Source: an uncultured Spirochaetaceae bacterium
GTDB lineage: Bacteria > Spirochaetota > Spirochaetia > DSM-27196 > SLST01
Length of the DNA stretch: 64,000 nt
Direction of reading: 5' to 3'
Assembly (NCBI GenBank): GCA_964537725.1
Contig: CAZICD010000004.1
Coordinates: 23,903 to 87,902, forward strand
How positions within the stretch are numbered: the first letter of the stretch is position 1; each line of letters opens with the position of its first letter. The notes below the pieces were generated by a model. That model did not search any database and was not told where the DNA came from. It saw only the letters and a list, made by a program, of their open reading frames with translations. This document shows, in pieces, positions 34,800-44,471 of this stretch. The position numbers and the translations under genes are program-made.

Positions 34800-35673
34800 C
34801 ACCGCCCTCACCGAGACCACATCCTCCTACCGACGCCAGCGCGCCGTTGCGCGGACGGCACTCTACACGATCCTCGTCGCCGGCGGATTCATCGCGCTGC
34901 TGCCGTTCCTCTACATGCTCGCCAACAGTCTCAAGACCTACGGCGAGACGGTCACCCGCACCAGCGCGATTCCCTTCGCCCCCGAGTTCTGGCCCGCGGT
35001 CCCGCAATGGCAGAACTACGCCGAAGCCTGGACCGATTCCAACTTCTCCGAGTACTTCGTCAACAGCGTGATCATCGCGGCGGTAACGCTCACGGGCATC
35101 TACGCGGCGAGCATCCCGGCGGCCTTCGCCTTCAGCAAGCTGAAGTTCGCGGGCAAGAACCTCATCTTCACGATCCTGCTCGCGACGCTGATGATACCGG
35201 AGACGGTGCTGCTCATACCGAACTATCTCATCGTCGCCCGCTTCGGGTGGATCGACCGGCTTCCGGCGCTGACGGTCCCGTTCATGGGAAGCGCGTTCTT
35301 CATCTTCCTGCTGCGCCAGTTCTTTAATCAAATCCCAACACAGCTGCTGGAGTCTGCACGCATCGACGGGGACAGCCATCTGGGCATGCTCGGGCGCATC
35401 GTCATCCCGCTCGCCCGGGCACCGCTGTTCACCGTCGGGTTTCTCGCCTTCACGGGGGCGTGGAACGCGCTCCAGTGGCCGCTCGTCGTCACCCAGACGC
35501 CCACCTGGCGCCCCATCACCGTGGGGCTGACGACGTTCATCAACGAAGCGGCAGCGCTCATCCATCTCCGACTCGCCGGAGCGATGATCGCGCTGCTTCC
35601 GGTGATCGTGGTGTTCATCATCGCGCAGCGACAGATAACAGAGGCTATCGCCCGCACAGGCCTGAAGGGCTGA
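34789..35673 (+). CDS. Carbohydrate ABC transporter permease (MalG-like)
   Basis: EAA loop ESARIDGDSHLGMLGRIVIPLA. Overlaps the upstream permease gene by 11 nt. Confidence 0.9.
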   Translation: MASSTALTETTSSYRRQRAVARTALYTILVAGGFIALLPFLYMLANSLKTYGETVTRTSAIPFAPEFWPAVPQWQNYAEAWTDSNFSEYFVNSVIIAAVTLTGIYAASIPAAFAFSKLKFAGKNLIFTILLATLMIPETVLLIPNYLIVARFGWIDRLPALTVPFMGSAFFIFLLRQFFNQIPTQLLESARIDGDSHLGMLGRIVIPLARAPLFTVGFLAFTGAWNALQWPLVVTQTPTWRPITVGLTTFINEAAALIHLRLAGAMIALLPVIVVFIIAQRQITEAIARTGLKG

Positions 35674-35701
35674 GGCGGTAAGAAAACCAGAGGAGGGAGA
35701 G

Positions 35702-37042
35702 ATGAACAGGCTCTTCACAGGAACGATCGTGCTGCTGATGCTCGTACTCACGGCAGCTTTCGCATTCGCCACCGGCACCGCCGAAGAAGGTTCGGGTCCG
35801 GCAGGCGACGACCCGCTCGCCGGCGTGGATCCAGCCGGTCAGACCGTCATCTACTGGCACCAGCACAGCCGCGAGCGCGAGGAAGGTCTCAACTCGATGA
35901 TCGAGCGCTTCAACGAGACCAACGAGTGGGATATCACGGTTCTGGGCGAGTACCAGGGCGGTTACGGCGACATCTACAACAAGATGATCACCGGCCTCGC
36001 CGGCGGTGAAGTACCCAATCTGGTCGTCGCCTACCAGAACCAGGCAGCCGGCTACCAGGTCGCAGACGGGCTGGTGGACCTGCGCCCCTACGTGCAGCAT
36101 CCCGTCTACGGCATCCAGGAGCCGGAGGACTTCTTCGAGGGATTCTACAACCAGGACGTCAACGCCCAGTTCGGCGGTGAGCGCCTGGGCTTCCCGCCCA
36201 ACCGCTCGGCGGAGGTCATGTACTACAACAAGACCTGGCTCGCGGAGCTCGGCTTCGACGGCCCGCCGACCACGTGGGAGGAGTTCCGCGAAATGGCCGC
36301 CGCGGCGACCGACGACGAAGAAGGAACCTACGGCTACGCGCTCCGCACGGACGCCTCGAACGTGTACGCGATGGTCATCGCCCGCGGGGGCGAGATCGCA
36401 GCCGAGGGCGGAGCAGGCTACCAGTACGACACCCCCGAGATGCGCGCGAGCATGGAGTTCATGAAGCAGCTCTACGACGACGGGTACGCCAAGAAGATCG
36501 CAGAGCGCTACGGCGACCAGACCGACTTCGGGAACCGAAAGGTGCTCTTCACGATGGGTTCGACCAGCGGTCTGCCCTACTACCAGATGGCTGTCGACGC
36601 CGGTGAGGGGGGGACCTTCGAGTGGAGCGTCGCACCGCTGCCGCACACGACCAGCCGTCCGCAGGTCAACATCTACGGCGCGTCGCTGAGCGTTCCGAAG
36701 ACCACCCCCGAGCAGCAGCTCGCGGCCTGGCTCTTCGTCCGCTGGATGAGCGCTCCCGATCAGCAGGCCGAGTGGGTGCGGATCTCGAACTACTTCCCGG
36801 TCCGTCGCAGCGTCGCGAACAACCTCGGCGACTACTTCGCCCAGAACCCGACCTACGAGACCGCGTTCAACGTTCTCCAGGAGAGCGACACCACCGCGGA
36901 GCCGCCCTACGCCGGCTACGACGAGGTGCGCGACCTCGCCGAGGGCGCCTACAACGCGATCCTCGACGGCGCCGACATCGCCGAGACGCTCGCCGAGCTC
37001 GAGGCGGAGGCCAACGAGGTACACGAGCTCGCCTCTCCCTGA
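35702..37042 (+). CDS. ABC transporter sugar-binding periplasmic protein
   Basis: Signal peptide MNRLFTGTIVLLMLVLTAAFAFA. Family-1 solute-binding protein features. RBS GGAGGGAG. Confidence 0.9.
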   Translation: MNRLFTGTIVLLMLVLTAAFAFATGTAEEGSGPAGDDPLAGVDPAGQTVIYWHQHSREREEGLNSMIERFNETNEWDITVLGEYQGGYGDIYNKMITGLAGGEVPNLVVAYQNQAAGYQVADGLVDLRPYVQHPVYGIQEPEDFFEGFYNQDVNAQFGGERLGFPPNRSAEVMYYNKTWLAELGFDGPPTTWEEFREMAAAATDDEEGTYGYALRTDASNVYAMVIARGGEIAAEGGAGYQYDTPEMRASMEFMKQLYDDGYAKKIAERYGDQTDFGNRKVLFTMGSTSGLPYYQMAVDAGEGGTFEWSVAPLPHTTSRPQVNIYGASLSVPKTTPEQQLAAWLFVRWMSAPDQQAEWVRISNYFPVRRSVANNLGDYFAQNPTYETAFNVLQESDTTAEPPYAGYDEVRDLAEGAYNAILDGADIAETLAELEAEANEVHELASP

Positions 37043-37069
37043 GCGGCGCGAAGCCTGACTACGTGCATC

Positions 37070-37091
37070 GGAGGCGCCTGCGGGCGCCTCC
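37070..37091 (+). terminator. Hairpin terminator candidate after the sugar ABC operon
   Basis: GGAGGCGCC - TGCG - GGCGCCTCC, followed by a weak T-containing tail (gcttcgttc). Confidence 0.5.
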
Positions 37092-37116
37092 GCTTCGTTC
37101 GGGGCGGCCCTCTGCC

Positions 37117-37708
37117 CTACGCGCGCTCGACCCGATTCCGCCCCGCGCGCTTCGCCCCGTACAGCGCCCGGTCGGCGTCACCGATAAGCCTCGTCGCCCG
37201 CCTGATGGCCCTGGGTGTCGTTGACCCGCTTGAAATGGTCCAGGTCGACCATCGCGACACACAGCGCCGCCGAGGAAGATGATTCCCCAGAGCCCGATGT
37301 CGCGGTAGTCGGACGCGACGCGAACGGCGAGCGTGCGCCCCTCGTAGTCGTCGGGCAGCTCGATCACGTTCGGTGGCCAGCCGGCGAGCGCGGGAGCTCG
37401 CGCCTGAACCAGACGAAGGAGCGGCCGTCGCGGCCCGGGGGGTTACTCGGGTAGTCGATGTCGTTCCAGCCACCGGCTCCGGCGACCACCTCGTCGACGG
37501 TGAGGTCGTCCCACGTGTATTGCCACCCGCGGTCGAGCCGGATCGCGTCACCCGGAATACGCTGCGAGAAGACGATGAGCACGAGCAGCGCGGCAACCGC
37601 GATGCCGTACGGGAGCACGAGGGTGAGCCGCTGCGGTTCGTACAAACCCGGAGCAGCCCCCCATCGGCAATCCCTACTCGAATCGGAAACGTGCCAGGAG
37701 CGGGTCAT
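37117..37708 (-). pseudogene. Eroded diguanylate cyclase: N-terminal TM and sensor domain fragments plus GGDEF-domain ends only
   Basis: Three reading frames must be stitched together. Frame 1 gives MTRSW..FVWFRRELP; frame 2 gives [42 protein letters not shown]. The third frame gives [26 protein letters not shown] followed by a stop, and the frame then switches again to [23 protein letters not shown]. The GGDEF core (about 110 aa) and any TM region are missing. Confidence 0.6.
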
Positions 37709-39157
37709 GGTCGCTGAAGCGCTCCTCGTAGAGGTATTCGGCGTAGCGGTGCACGTAGTCCACCGGGCCGATGAGCCGCTCGTGAAGCGCCGGCGAGACG
37801 AGAAGATGATCGAGCGCCTGCGAGTTGCCCTCGTAGATGTAGCTGTAGACCTCGCCCGGCGGCAGTGCTTCGGCCGGATTGAGGAGGTGCTCGCCTGTAA
37901 GCACTCGAAGAGAACGAGAGAAGGAGAAATCGTTGAGGTCGCCGCCCGCGATGATCAGCGCGTCGGGGTTCGCCTCCAGGTGCGCCGCAACGTAGTCGTG
38001 CACTTCGCGCGCCTGGGCGATGCGGCCGGATTCGGAGCTCGCCGACGGAGGCTGCACGCGCCCGAAGAGCGGACCGTCGCCGCCCTTCGAGGAGAAGTGG
38101 TTGGCAACCGCGAGTACCGCTCGGCCCCGGAACACGAATCCGGCAGCCAACGGAATACGCGCGTTCGCGAACGCCGGGGAGTCCGGGGCTACCTGCTGCA
38201 GCAATCCCTCGGCGAGGGTAACCCGATCGGCCCGGTAGAGAAACCCGACCCGGATGTTCGCGTGCGGCTGGCCCCCGCTCGTGCCGTGCTCCGGCGCGAT
38301 GTCGATGTAGCGATAATCGACCGGTCCGCCCGCCGCCCTCAGCGCTTCCAGCAGACGCTCGGCGGTCGCTGCGGACGAGACGACCGCGCTTCGGGTCGGC
38401 CCGTCGCTGTCCTGGATCTCGCTCAGCAGCAGCACGTCGGGCGCCCGAAGGCCGTGCACGACGGTGCGGGCGATGTCGTCGAACTTCGCCCCCTCGCTGC
38501 GTCCGGAGAGGTTCTGCACGTTGAACGCGGCGACCGACAGGATGTCCGGCGCACGCTCCTCCGCGGCTCGCTCGCGGGGCAGGTTGCGCGGCTCGACCGC
38601 AGGGAGCGGCCGCGTGGGCAGCACCTTGTAGTTGTACCACGAGTAGGAGAGCACGCCGTGAATCGGCCCGACGAACCGGTCTCCCACGGCGACCCTCGGG
38701 GTATCCGGCTGCCGGACGATGAGCTGGTCCTCGAGGTAGTCGATCAGGACACGCTCGGGGTTGAAGTCACCTTCGCGGACCACGATACCGCCGCGCGGCC
38801 GTCGGCGTCGTTCGAGACGACGGTTCGGGGCGGGATTCGGCCACCGGTGCCGATCACCGCGGCGTCCGGGAGCGGGCGGTCCGATTCGAGGATCTCGATG
38901 TCCGGGCGCTTGAGCGTCGTCACGGGCAGGTTGCCGGACGTCGCGCCGCCAGGGTACACCTCCGCAACGCGGGCGGTGATCGCGACGACGTCGCCTCGAT
39001 CGACCTGCGGCGGGCGATACGTCTCCACGTAGACTCCCTCGCTGGTGGCAGAGTCCTCGTCGGGACGCAGGCTCTCGAGATAGAACCCGCGTGGGGCGAG
39101 GACAGTCACGACGCATAGCGACATCATGCTCCCGGACCACGTGGATTCGGTGAGCAT
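37674..39157 (-). pseudogene. Endonuclease/exonuclease/phosphatase (EEP) family extracellular-nuclease-like gene, apparently frameshifted
   Basis: The EEP domain (SVAAFNVQNL, LLLSEIQD, VANHFSSKGG, GGDLNDF, SDHDP) is in the frame of ORF 37674..39164. The homologous N-terminal OB-like part (GFYLES..TSEGVYVE..GDVVAITARVAEV..GGRIPP) is in the frame of ORF 38744..39157. The switch lies near 38785..38805. Confidence 0.55.
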
Positions 39158-39164
39158 ACGGCAA

Positions 39165-39899
39165 TCACGTGACCATGTGGATCAGTCGCGTCGCATCGTG
39201 CGGGGCGGCGGCCTCCTGGTCGTTGTCGAAGTAGAGGTAGACGTCACGACCGCTGCGCGCCCACGAGGTGACGGCGCCCGCCCACGCGGCGAGATCGGCG
39301 TTGGGGTACGAGCCGCGGTAGCGCCCGGCGGCCCCGTGCAGGCGAACGTAGACGAAGTCGGCGGTGACGGTCGAAGGAGAGCGATGGTCGCCGAGGTGGT
39401 AGATGCAGAAGGCCGCACCGTGCGACCGCAGGATGTCCGCGATCTCGTCGGTGTACCACGACGGATCGCGAAACTCGAAGGCGTGCCGGTACCCGTCGGG
39501 CAGCGAGTCGAGAAAGGCCGCAAGCCGATCTGGATTGCAGCGCCACCGTGGCGGGAGCTGGTAGAGCACGACCTCGAGCGCAGACCCGAGCGGGGCGACC
39601 GCGTCGAAGAACCGATCGACCGGCTCGTCGGGGTCTTTCAGCTTCTTCATGTGGGTCAGGTATCGGCTCGCCTTCGCGGAGAACACGAACCCCTCGCCTG
39701 CGCGCGCGGCCCAGTCGGCGACGGTGTCGCGGTCGGGAAGACCGTAGAAGGTGCCGTTGATCTCCACCGCAGGCAGTCTGGCCGCGTACGCCGTCAGGCT
39801 CGGCGTCGAACCGCCGTAGAACGGCTCGGACCATGAGTCGTACTGCCACCCGGATGTCCCGATGAGGATCCGCCCCTCTGCCCGGCCGTCGCGTCCCAT
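39165..39899 (-). CDS. DUF72 (YecE-like) domain protein
   Basis: ILIGTSGWQYDSW, NGTFYGLP, LYQLPP and FEFRDPSW motifs are characteristic of DUF72. Confidence 0.85.
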   Translation of the reverse strand: MGRDGRAEGRILIGTSGWQYDSWSEPFYGGSTPSLTAYAARLPAVEINGTFYGLPDRDTVADWAARAGEGFVFSAKASRYLTHMKKLKDPDEPVDRFFDAVAPLGSALEVVLYQLPPRWRCNPDRLAAFLDSLPDGYRHAFEFRDPSWYTDEIADILRSHGAAFCIYHLGDHRSPSTVTADFVYVRLHGAAGRYRGSYPNADLAAWAGAVTSWARSGRDVYLYFDNDQEAAAPHDATRLIHMVT

Positions 39900-39999
39900 A
39901 CCCTCAAGCTACCCAAGGCGGCCGCCGGACGGACAGGGCGTGGACACGTTCGCGACCCTCTGGCACGATTGGACCAGCTCACGCAGGGAGGTCCCGATC

Positions 40000-40905
40000 A
40001 TGTCCGAGCTCATGCTGCCCCCGCCGAATCCCGGCTCCGGCACGCGACCGCGTGTCGTCCTCGATACCGATACCTACAACGAGATCGACGACCAGTTCGC
40101 GGTCGCCTACCTGTTGCGGTCGGCCGACGTCGCGCGTCCCGAGGCGCTCTACGCCGCCCCCTTTCACAACAAGCGTTCCGACTCGCCGGGCGACGGCATG
40201 GAGAGGAGCTACGAGGAGATCCGTCAGCTGCTCGCCCGCCTGGACATGAACGACTTCCCCCACTTCCGCGGCGCCGACCGGACGCTGCCTGACGCGAGCA
40301 CGCCGGTGGAGAGCGACGCGGCGCGCGACATGGTCGAGCGCGGCATGAGCGCGACGCACTCGGACCGCCTGGTCGTCATCGCGATCGGCGCGATCACGAA
40401 CGTCGCATCCGCGCTTCTCATGGAACCGCGTCTCGCCGACCGGTGCACGGTCGTGTGGCTGGGCGGGAACTACCCGTACTGGCCTGCCAACAGGGAGTTC
40501 AACCTGAACGGAGACGTCACCGCGGCGGGCGTCGTCTTCGACTCCGGAGTTCCGCTCTACGTGGTTCCGGCGATGGGCGTGTCGAGTCACCTCACGACGA
40601 CGCGCGAGGAGCTCGCGGCTTACCTGGACCTCGATCAGCCGCTGTCGCGGTTTCTCTACGAACGGTTTGCCGCGTACGGACCCGCCTCCGGAGTCTGGTC
40701 GAAGGAGATCTGGGACATCGCCGGGATCGCCTGGCTCGTGCGGCCGGAGACGGTGTCGAGCTTCGCGATCCCGGCGCCTCGCATCGCGACCGACGGCTCG
40801 TACATCCACGATCCACGCCGCCACGCGTGCCGCTTCGCGTATCGGCTCGACCGCGACTCGATCTACCGGGATCTGTTCGCGAGGCTGTCGACTCCACAAT
40901 CCTGA
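40000..40905 (+). CDS. Nucleoside hydrolase (inosine/uridine-preferring family)
   Basis: N-terminal aspartate cluster VVLDTDTYNEIDDQFAVAYLL and the later IGAITNVA motif. ATG at 40000 after AGGGAGG. Confidence 0.85.
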   Translation: MSELMLPPPNPGSGTRPRVVLDTDTYNEIDDQFAVAYLLRSADVARPEALYAAPFHNKRSDSPGDGMERSYEEIRQLLARLDMNDFPHFRGADRTLPDASTPVESDAARDMVERGMSATHSDRLVVIAIGAITNVASALLMEPRLADRCTVVWLGGNYPYWPANREFNLNGDVTAAGVVFDSGVPLYVVPAMGVSSHLTTTREELAAYLDLDQPLSRFLYERFAAYGPASGVWSKEIWDIAGIAWLVRPETVSSFAIPAPRIATDGSYIHDPRRHACRFAYRLDRDSIYRDLFARLSTPQS

Positions 40906-40953
40906 CCGTCGCGCTTTGTTGAGCCGATCAGCCGAGACCGCGATACTTGCTCC

Positions 40954-42507
40954 ATGAGATACGATACCGCGGTCGTGGGAGCAGGAATCGCCGGGCAGGT
41001 TTGCGCGAATTACCTCGCGCGGGCGGGCCAGAACGTCGTGATGATCGAGCAGAATCATCACGCCGGCGGAAACATGTCCGGCTTCGAGCGGAAGGGGTTC
41101 TCGTTCGACGGCGGCGACCAGTCGTTCGAGAGCCTGGGCATCGTCTTGCCCATCCTGCGTGACCTCATCGGCGTCGGTCCCGAAGACTTCGTCAAGGCAC
41201 GCTACCGCATGATCTCCGACGACTTCGACTTCTACGTCGACTCACCGGCGCAGGTCGAGGACGAGCTGCGATCCGCCTTCCCGGATGAACCGGGGATCGC
41301 GCCGCTGTTCAAAGAGGTGAAGGAGGTCTCCCGCTTCCTCTCATCCAACTACGACCCATGGGATTTTCCGCTGCTCAACAGGCCCGGCGTCTCCAGCGTC
41401 GCGCGAATCGTACCGTGGCTGCCCAAGCTCAAACGCTGGTCGACGTTCCGTTACCGCGAGAAGGCGTGCTCGGTCGTCCGAGACCCCGGTCTGCGAAGGT
41501 GGTTCACCCAGGTCGGCTACTACCGGATGCCGTATCTCTTCTTCGCCGGATTCTGGCACATCTGGGCGAACGACTACTGGTACCCGGTGGGGGGCATGCA
41601 GTCGCTGCACGATCGATTGACGGATCGCTTCGTCGAGCAGGGAGGCACGGCGCTGTTCAACACCGAGGTGAGCACGATCGACGTCGACGAATCGAGCGGA
41701 CGCGCGACCGGCGTGACGCTCGGCGACGGCGAACGCATCGAGGCGGAGCGGGTCGTGTACGCCGGAGACTACCTCCGGCTCGTGAACCGTGTGCTCGGCC
41801 CGCGGTACTTCGCGCCGCGATTCGTCGAACGCGTGAACAACACTCGGTTGACCGAGGAAATCCTGAGCGTCTACCTGGGCCTGGACATGAGCGACGAGGA
41901 GCTCGCCGGGCACCTCGGAGGCGCACAGCACCCGTTCTATTTCCCAAACTACGACGTCGTCTTCCCCGATCCCGACTCGCCGGTGGACGTGCACAGCCGG
42001 ATGTGGGTCGCGCTCAACCACTTCGGCCTGGAGAGCCCCGCGGCACCTGGCGGCAAGTCCGCGCTGACCCTCCAGACGTACAGCTCCTACCGTTGGCAGG
42101 ACTACTGGCGGAACCAAAGCGACTCGCACCGTCGATCGAAGGAGTACCGCGAGTTCAAGCAGCGGGTGGGCATGGAGCTCGTGCGCCTCGCCGAACGCCT
42201 GGTGCCAGGGCTCGAGAGCCGGATCGAGTACATGGAGGTGGGCACGCCTCTGTCGATCGAGCGCTTCTCCTTCAACTCGTACGGATCGACCGGCGGGTGG
42301 TGCTACGACGACCAGGTGTCACCGGTATGGCGCTTCCCCACGCTCAACCGCATCAGAACGTCCGTACCCAACGTCGTGTGCGCGGGACACTACGCGCTCT
42401 GGCCCGGCGGCGTGATTTCGGCCGCCTTGTGCGGCCGCATCGTCGCGAACACGCTGACCGGCAGGTCGGCGCTCGCCCCCCTCGCGACGGCGCCACCTAC
42501 CGCGTGA
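40954..42507 (+). CDS. Phytoene-desaturase-family NAD(P)/FAD-dependent oxidoreductase (CrtI/retinol-saturase-like)
   Basis: YDTAVVGAGIAGQVCANYLARAGQNVVMIEQNHHAGG dinucleotide fold and a C-terminal flavin motif (VVCAGHYALWPGGVISA). Confidence 0.8.
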   Translation: MRYDTAVVGAGIAGQVCANYLARAGQNVVMIEQNHHAGGNMSGFERKGFSFDGGDQSFESLGIVLPILRDLIGVGPEDFVKARYRMISDDFDFYVDSPAQVEDELRSAFPDEPGIAPLFKEVKEVSRFLSSNYDPWDFPLLNRPGVSSVARIVPWLPKLKRWSTFRYREKACSVVRDPGLRRWFTQVGYYRMPYLFFAGFWHIWANDYWYPVGGMQSLHDRLTDRFVEQGGTALFNTEVSTIDVDESSGRATGVTLGDGERIEAERVVYAGDYLRLVNRVLGPRYFAPRFVERVNNTRLTEEILSVYLGLDMSDEELAGHLGGAQHPFYFPNYDVVFPDPDSPVDVHSRMWVALNHFGLESPAAPGGKSALTLQTYSSYRWQDYWRNQSDSHRRSKEYREFKQRVGMELVRLAERLVPGLESRIEYMEVGTPLSIERFSFNSYGSTGGWCYDDQVSPVWRFPTLNRIRTSVPNVVCAGHYALWPGGVISAALCGRIVANTLTGRSALAPLATAPPTA

Positions 42508-43237
42508 TGTGCTCGATGATGTCGAGGAGGCCGTGCACGTCAGAATAGGGGGAGACGTAGTCGGCGTGCGCCTTCGCCTCGTCGGTCGCGTTCGCGGGTG
42601 AGCCGAAGAACGCCGACTCCTCGCGCAGCGGGAGGTCGCCGGCCGTATCTCCCACGGAGGCCACATCCTCGCGCCTGACGCCCAGGTCGGCGAGCAGCAT
42701 CCGAAGCGCGCTGCCCTTGTCGACTCCGCGCAGCGATACGTTCAGGTAGTACCTCGTAGCGCTGACCTCCACGGGATCGTCGGTGAACCGGCCCGAGAAC
42801 CGTCGAACCTCCTCGGCGAGCAGCGGGATGCGCGCGGGATCCTCCGCGTAGAGGCTGATCTGCGCCTCCTTGCCGAACTGATAGATGACGTCCCCGTAGC
42901 GCGGCAGCAGATCGCTCGAGATGAAGTGCCGGATCTCGTACAGCTCCTCCAGCCGCTCGGGCGTCACTCCGGGGCCGTACGTTGAACGGTTGTCGCTCAG
43001 CGCGTACACGACCGCGCCGCCCTCGCAGATCGCCGGCAGCCTCACGTCGAGCAGCTTCATCAGCACTTCCACGTACGGCTGCGGGCGACCGGTGCAGAGG
43101 GTGAGCGGCAGCGGCTCCTGTCGGCCCTCGCCGCGCGCGAGCGCCGCGAGCCGGGAGAACGCCCGGAAGTCCCACGCGGCCGACTCTTCGGGGGCGAGGC
43201 ACCCGTCCACGTCCGATACGATCAGCTTGTAGCGCAC
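42497..43237 (-). CDS. HAD-superfamily hydrolase (Cof/HAD-IIB-like phosphatase)
   Basis: Motif I LIVSDVDGCL, motif II TLCTGR and motif IV VGDTAGDLP. GTG start after GAGGAGG. Confidence 0.8.
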   Translation of the reverse strand: MRYKLIVSDVDGCLAPEESAAWDFRAFSRLAALARGEGRQEPLPLTLCTGRPQPYVEVLMKLLDVRLPAICEGGAVVYALSDNRSTYGPGVTPERLEELYEIRHFISSDLLPRYGDVIYQFGKEAQISLYAEDPARIPLLAEEVRRFSGRFTDDPVEVSATRYYLNVSLRGVDKGSALRMLLADLGVRREDVASVGDTAGDLPLREESAFFGSPANATDEAKAHADYVSPYSDVHGLLDIIEHITR

Positions 43238-43329
43238 ACCACCTCCTCAGAGTCGCCATGGTAGTAGACCCGTCGACCTTTGGCCAGCGCCGGATTGCCG
43301 ACGGAGCTCCGGCGCCATATTCTGTGACC

Positions 43330-43557
43330 ATGATCAAACTGCTCGACTCGGTCAGCTACTGGGTGTTCGTGCCCGCCGCCGCGCTGCTGGCGCTCGCGCC
43401 GTTCCGTCCGGAACCGCACCTCGTCGAGAAGGTGCGCATGCTCGTCCAGGGCACGCTCTCGAAGCCCATAGACATCTTCGACCTTCTGCTGCACGCGACA
43501 CCGCTGATCCTGCTCGTCGTCAAGATCGTCGCCGATCTCGTTCGGCGCCGGGCGTAA
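43330..43557 (+). CDS. Small conserved membrane protein (75 aa)
   Basis: MIKLLDSVSYWVFVPAAALLALAPFRPEPHLVEKVRML..PIDIFDLLLH resembles a widely conserved small two-TM protein family. Recognition is from memory only. Confidence 0.5.
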   Translation: MIKLLDSVSYWVFVPAAALLALAPFRPEPHLVEKVRMLVQGTLSKPIDIFDLLLHATPLILLVVKIVADLVRRRA

Positions 43558-43616
43558 CCGCTCCAGCCCCCGAAGCGGGGTCTGGTCGGTGTGGCCCCGG
43601 CGCGATAGGATGGGCT

Positions 43617-44471
43617 ATGATCTATCTCTACAGATCCACGCTGGGTGTATTCGTGCGCGATCCGGAAAGTGCACCAGACACGCTGGTCTTGTGCCCTGAG
43701 GTTTCGCTCGACGACGTGTTCCGGGCCGAGCGTCCGGTCGACTTCGTTCGCGCCGCGGCCGATCGGGCTCAGACGCGCAGCGAGCTGCCGGCCGGAAGTC
43801 TGCTTCCCCTCGTCGAGGACCAGGAGGTCTGGGCCGCCGGGGTGACGTACTACCGGAGCCGGACCGCCAGGATGGAGGAGTCGAGCCAGGCCGGCGGTGG
43901 CAGCTTCTACGATCGGGTCTACGAAGCCGAGCGGCCGGAGATCTTCTACAAGGGAAACGCGCGCACGGTCGTCGCGCCGGGCGCGCCGGTCCGGATCCGC
44001 AACGACTCGGCGTGGAACGTGCCCGAACCCGAGCTCGTTCTCGCGATCAACCGCCACGGGCGCATCATCGGCTACACCGCCGGCAACGACATGAGCTCGC
44101 GCGATATCGAGGGCGAGAATCCCCTCTACCTCCCCCAGGCGAAGGTCTACGACGGGAGCTGCGCGCTCGGACCCGCGCTCGCCCTCGGCGAGGCGCCGAT
44201 CGACCGGTCGCTCGCGATCGAGCTGTCGATCACGCGCGGAGACGCGACGGCCTTCGAGGGCCGAACGTCGCTCGAAGAGCTCAAGCGCGAGCCGGACGAG
44301 CTCGCCGCGTATCTGTTCCGCAACCAGACCTTCCCCGAGGGATGCTACCTGATGACCGGTACCGGCATCGTCCCGGACGACGCATTCACGCTGCAGGCAG
44401 GAGACATCGTGTCCATCACCGTGGGCTCGCTCCCGCCGCTCGTCAACACGGTCAACGAGGAGAGAACATGA
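43617..44471 (+). CDS. Fumarylacetoacetate hydrolase family protein (2-keto-3-deoxy-pentonate dehydratase, KdaD-like)
   Basis: FAH-fold motifs EPELVLAIN, GYTAGNDMSSRD and LPQAKVYDGSCALGP. Confidence 0.8.
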   Translation: MIYLYRSTLGVFVRDPESAPDTLVLCPEVSLDDVFRAERPVDFVRAAADRAQTRSELPAGSLLPLVEDQEVWAAGVTYYRSRTARMEESSQAGGGSFYDRVYEAERPEIFYKGNARTVVAPGAPVRIRNDSAWNVPEPELVLAINRHGRIIGYTAGNDMSSRDIEGENPLYLPQAKVYDGSCALGPALALGEAPIDRSLAIELSITRGDATAFEGRTSLEELKREPDELAAYLFRNQTFPEGCYLMTGTGIVPDDAFTLQAGDIVSITVGSLPPLVNTVNEERT

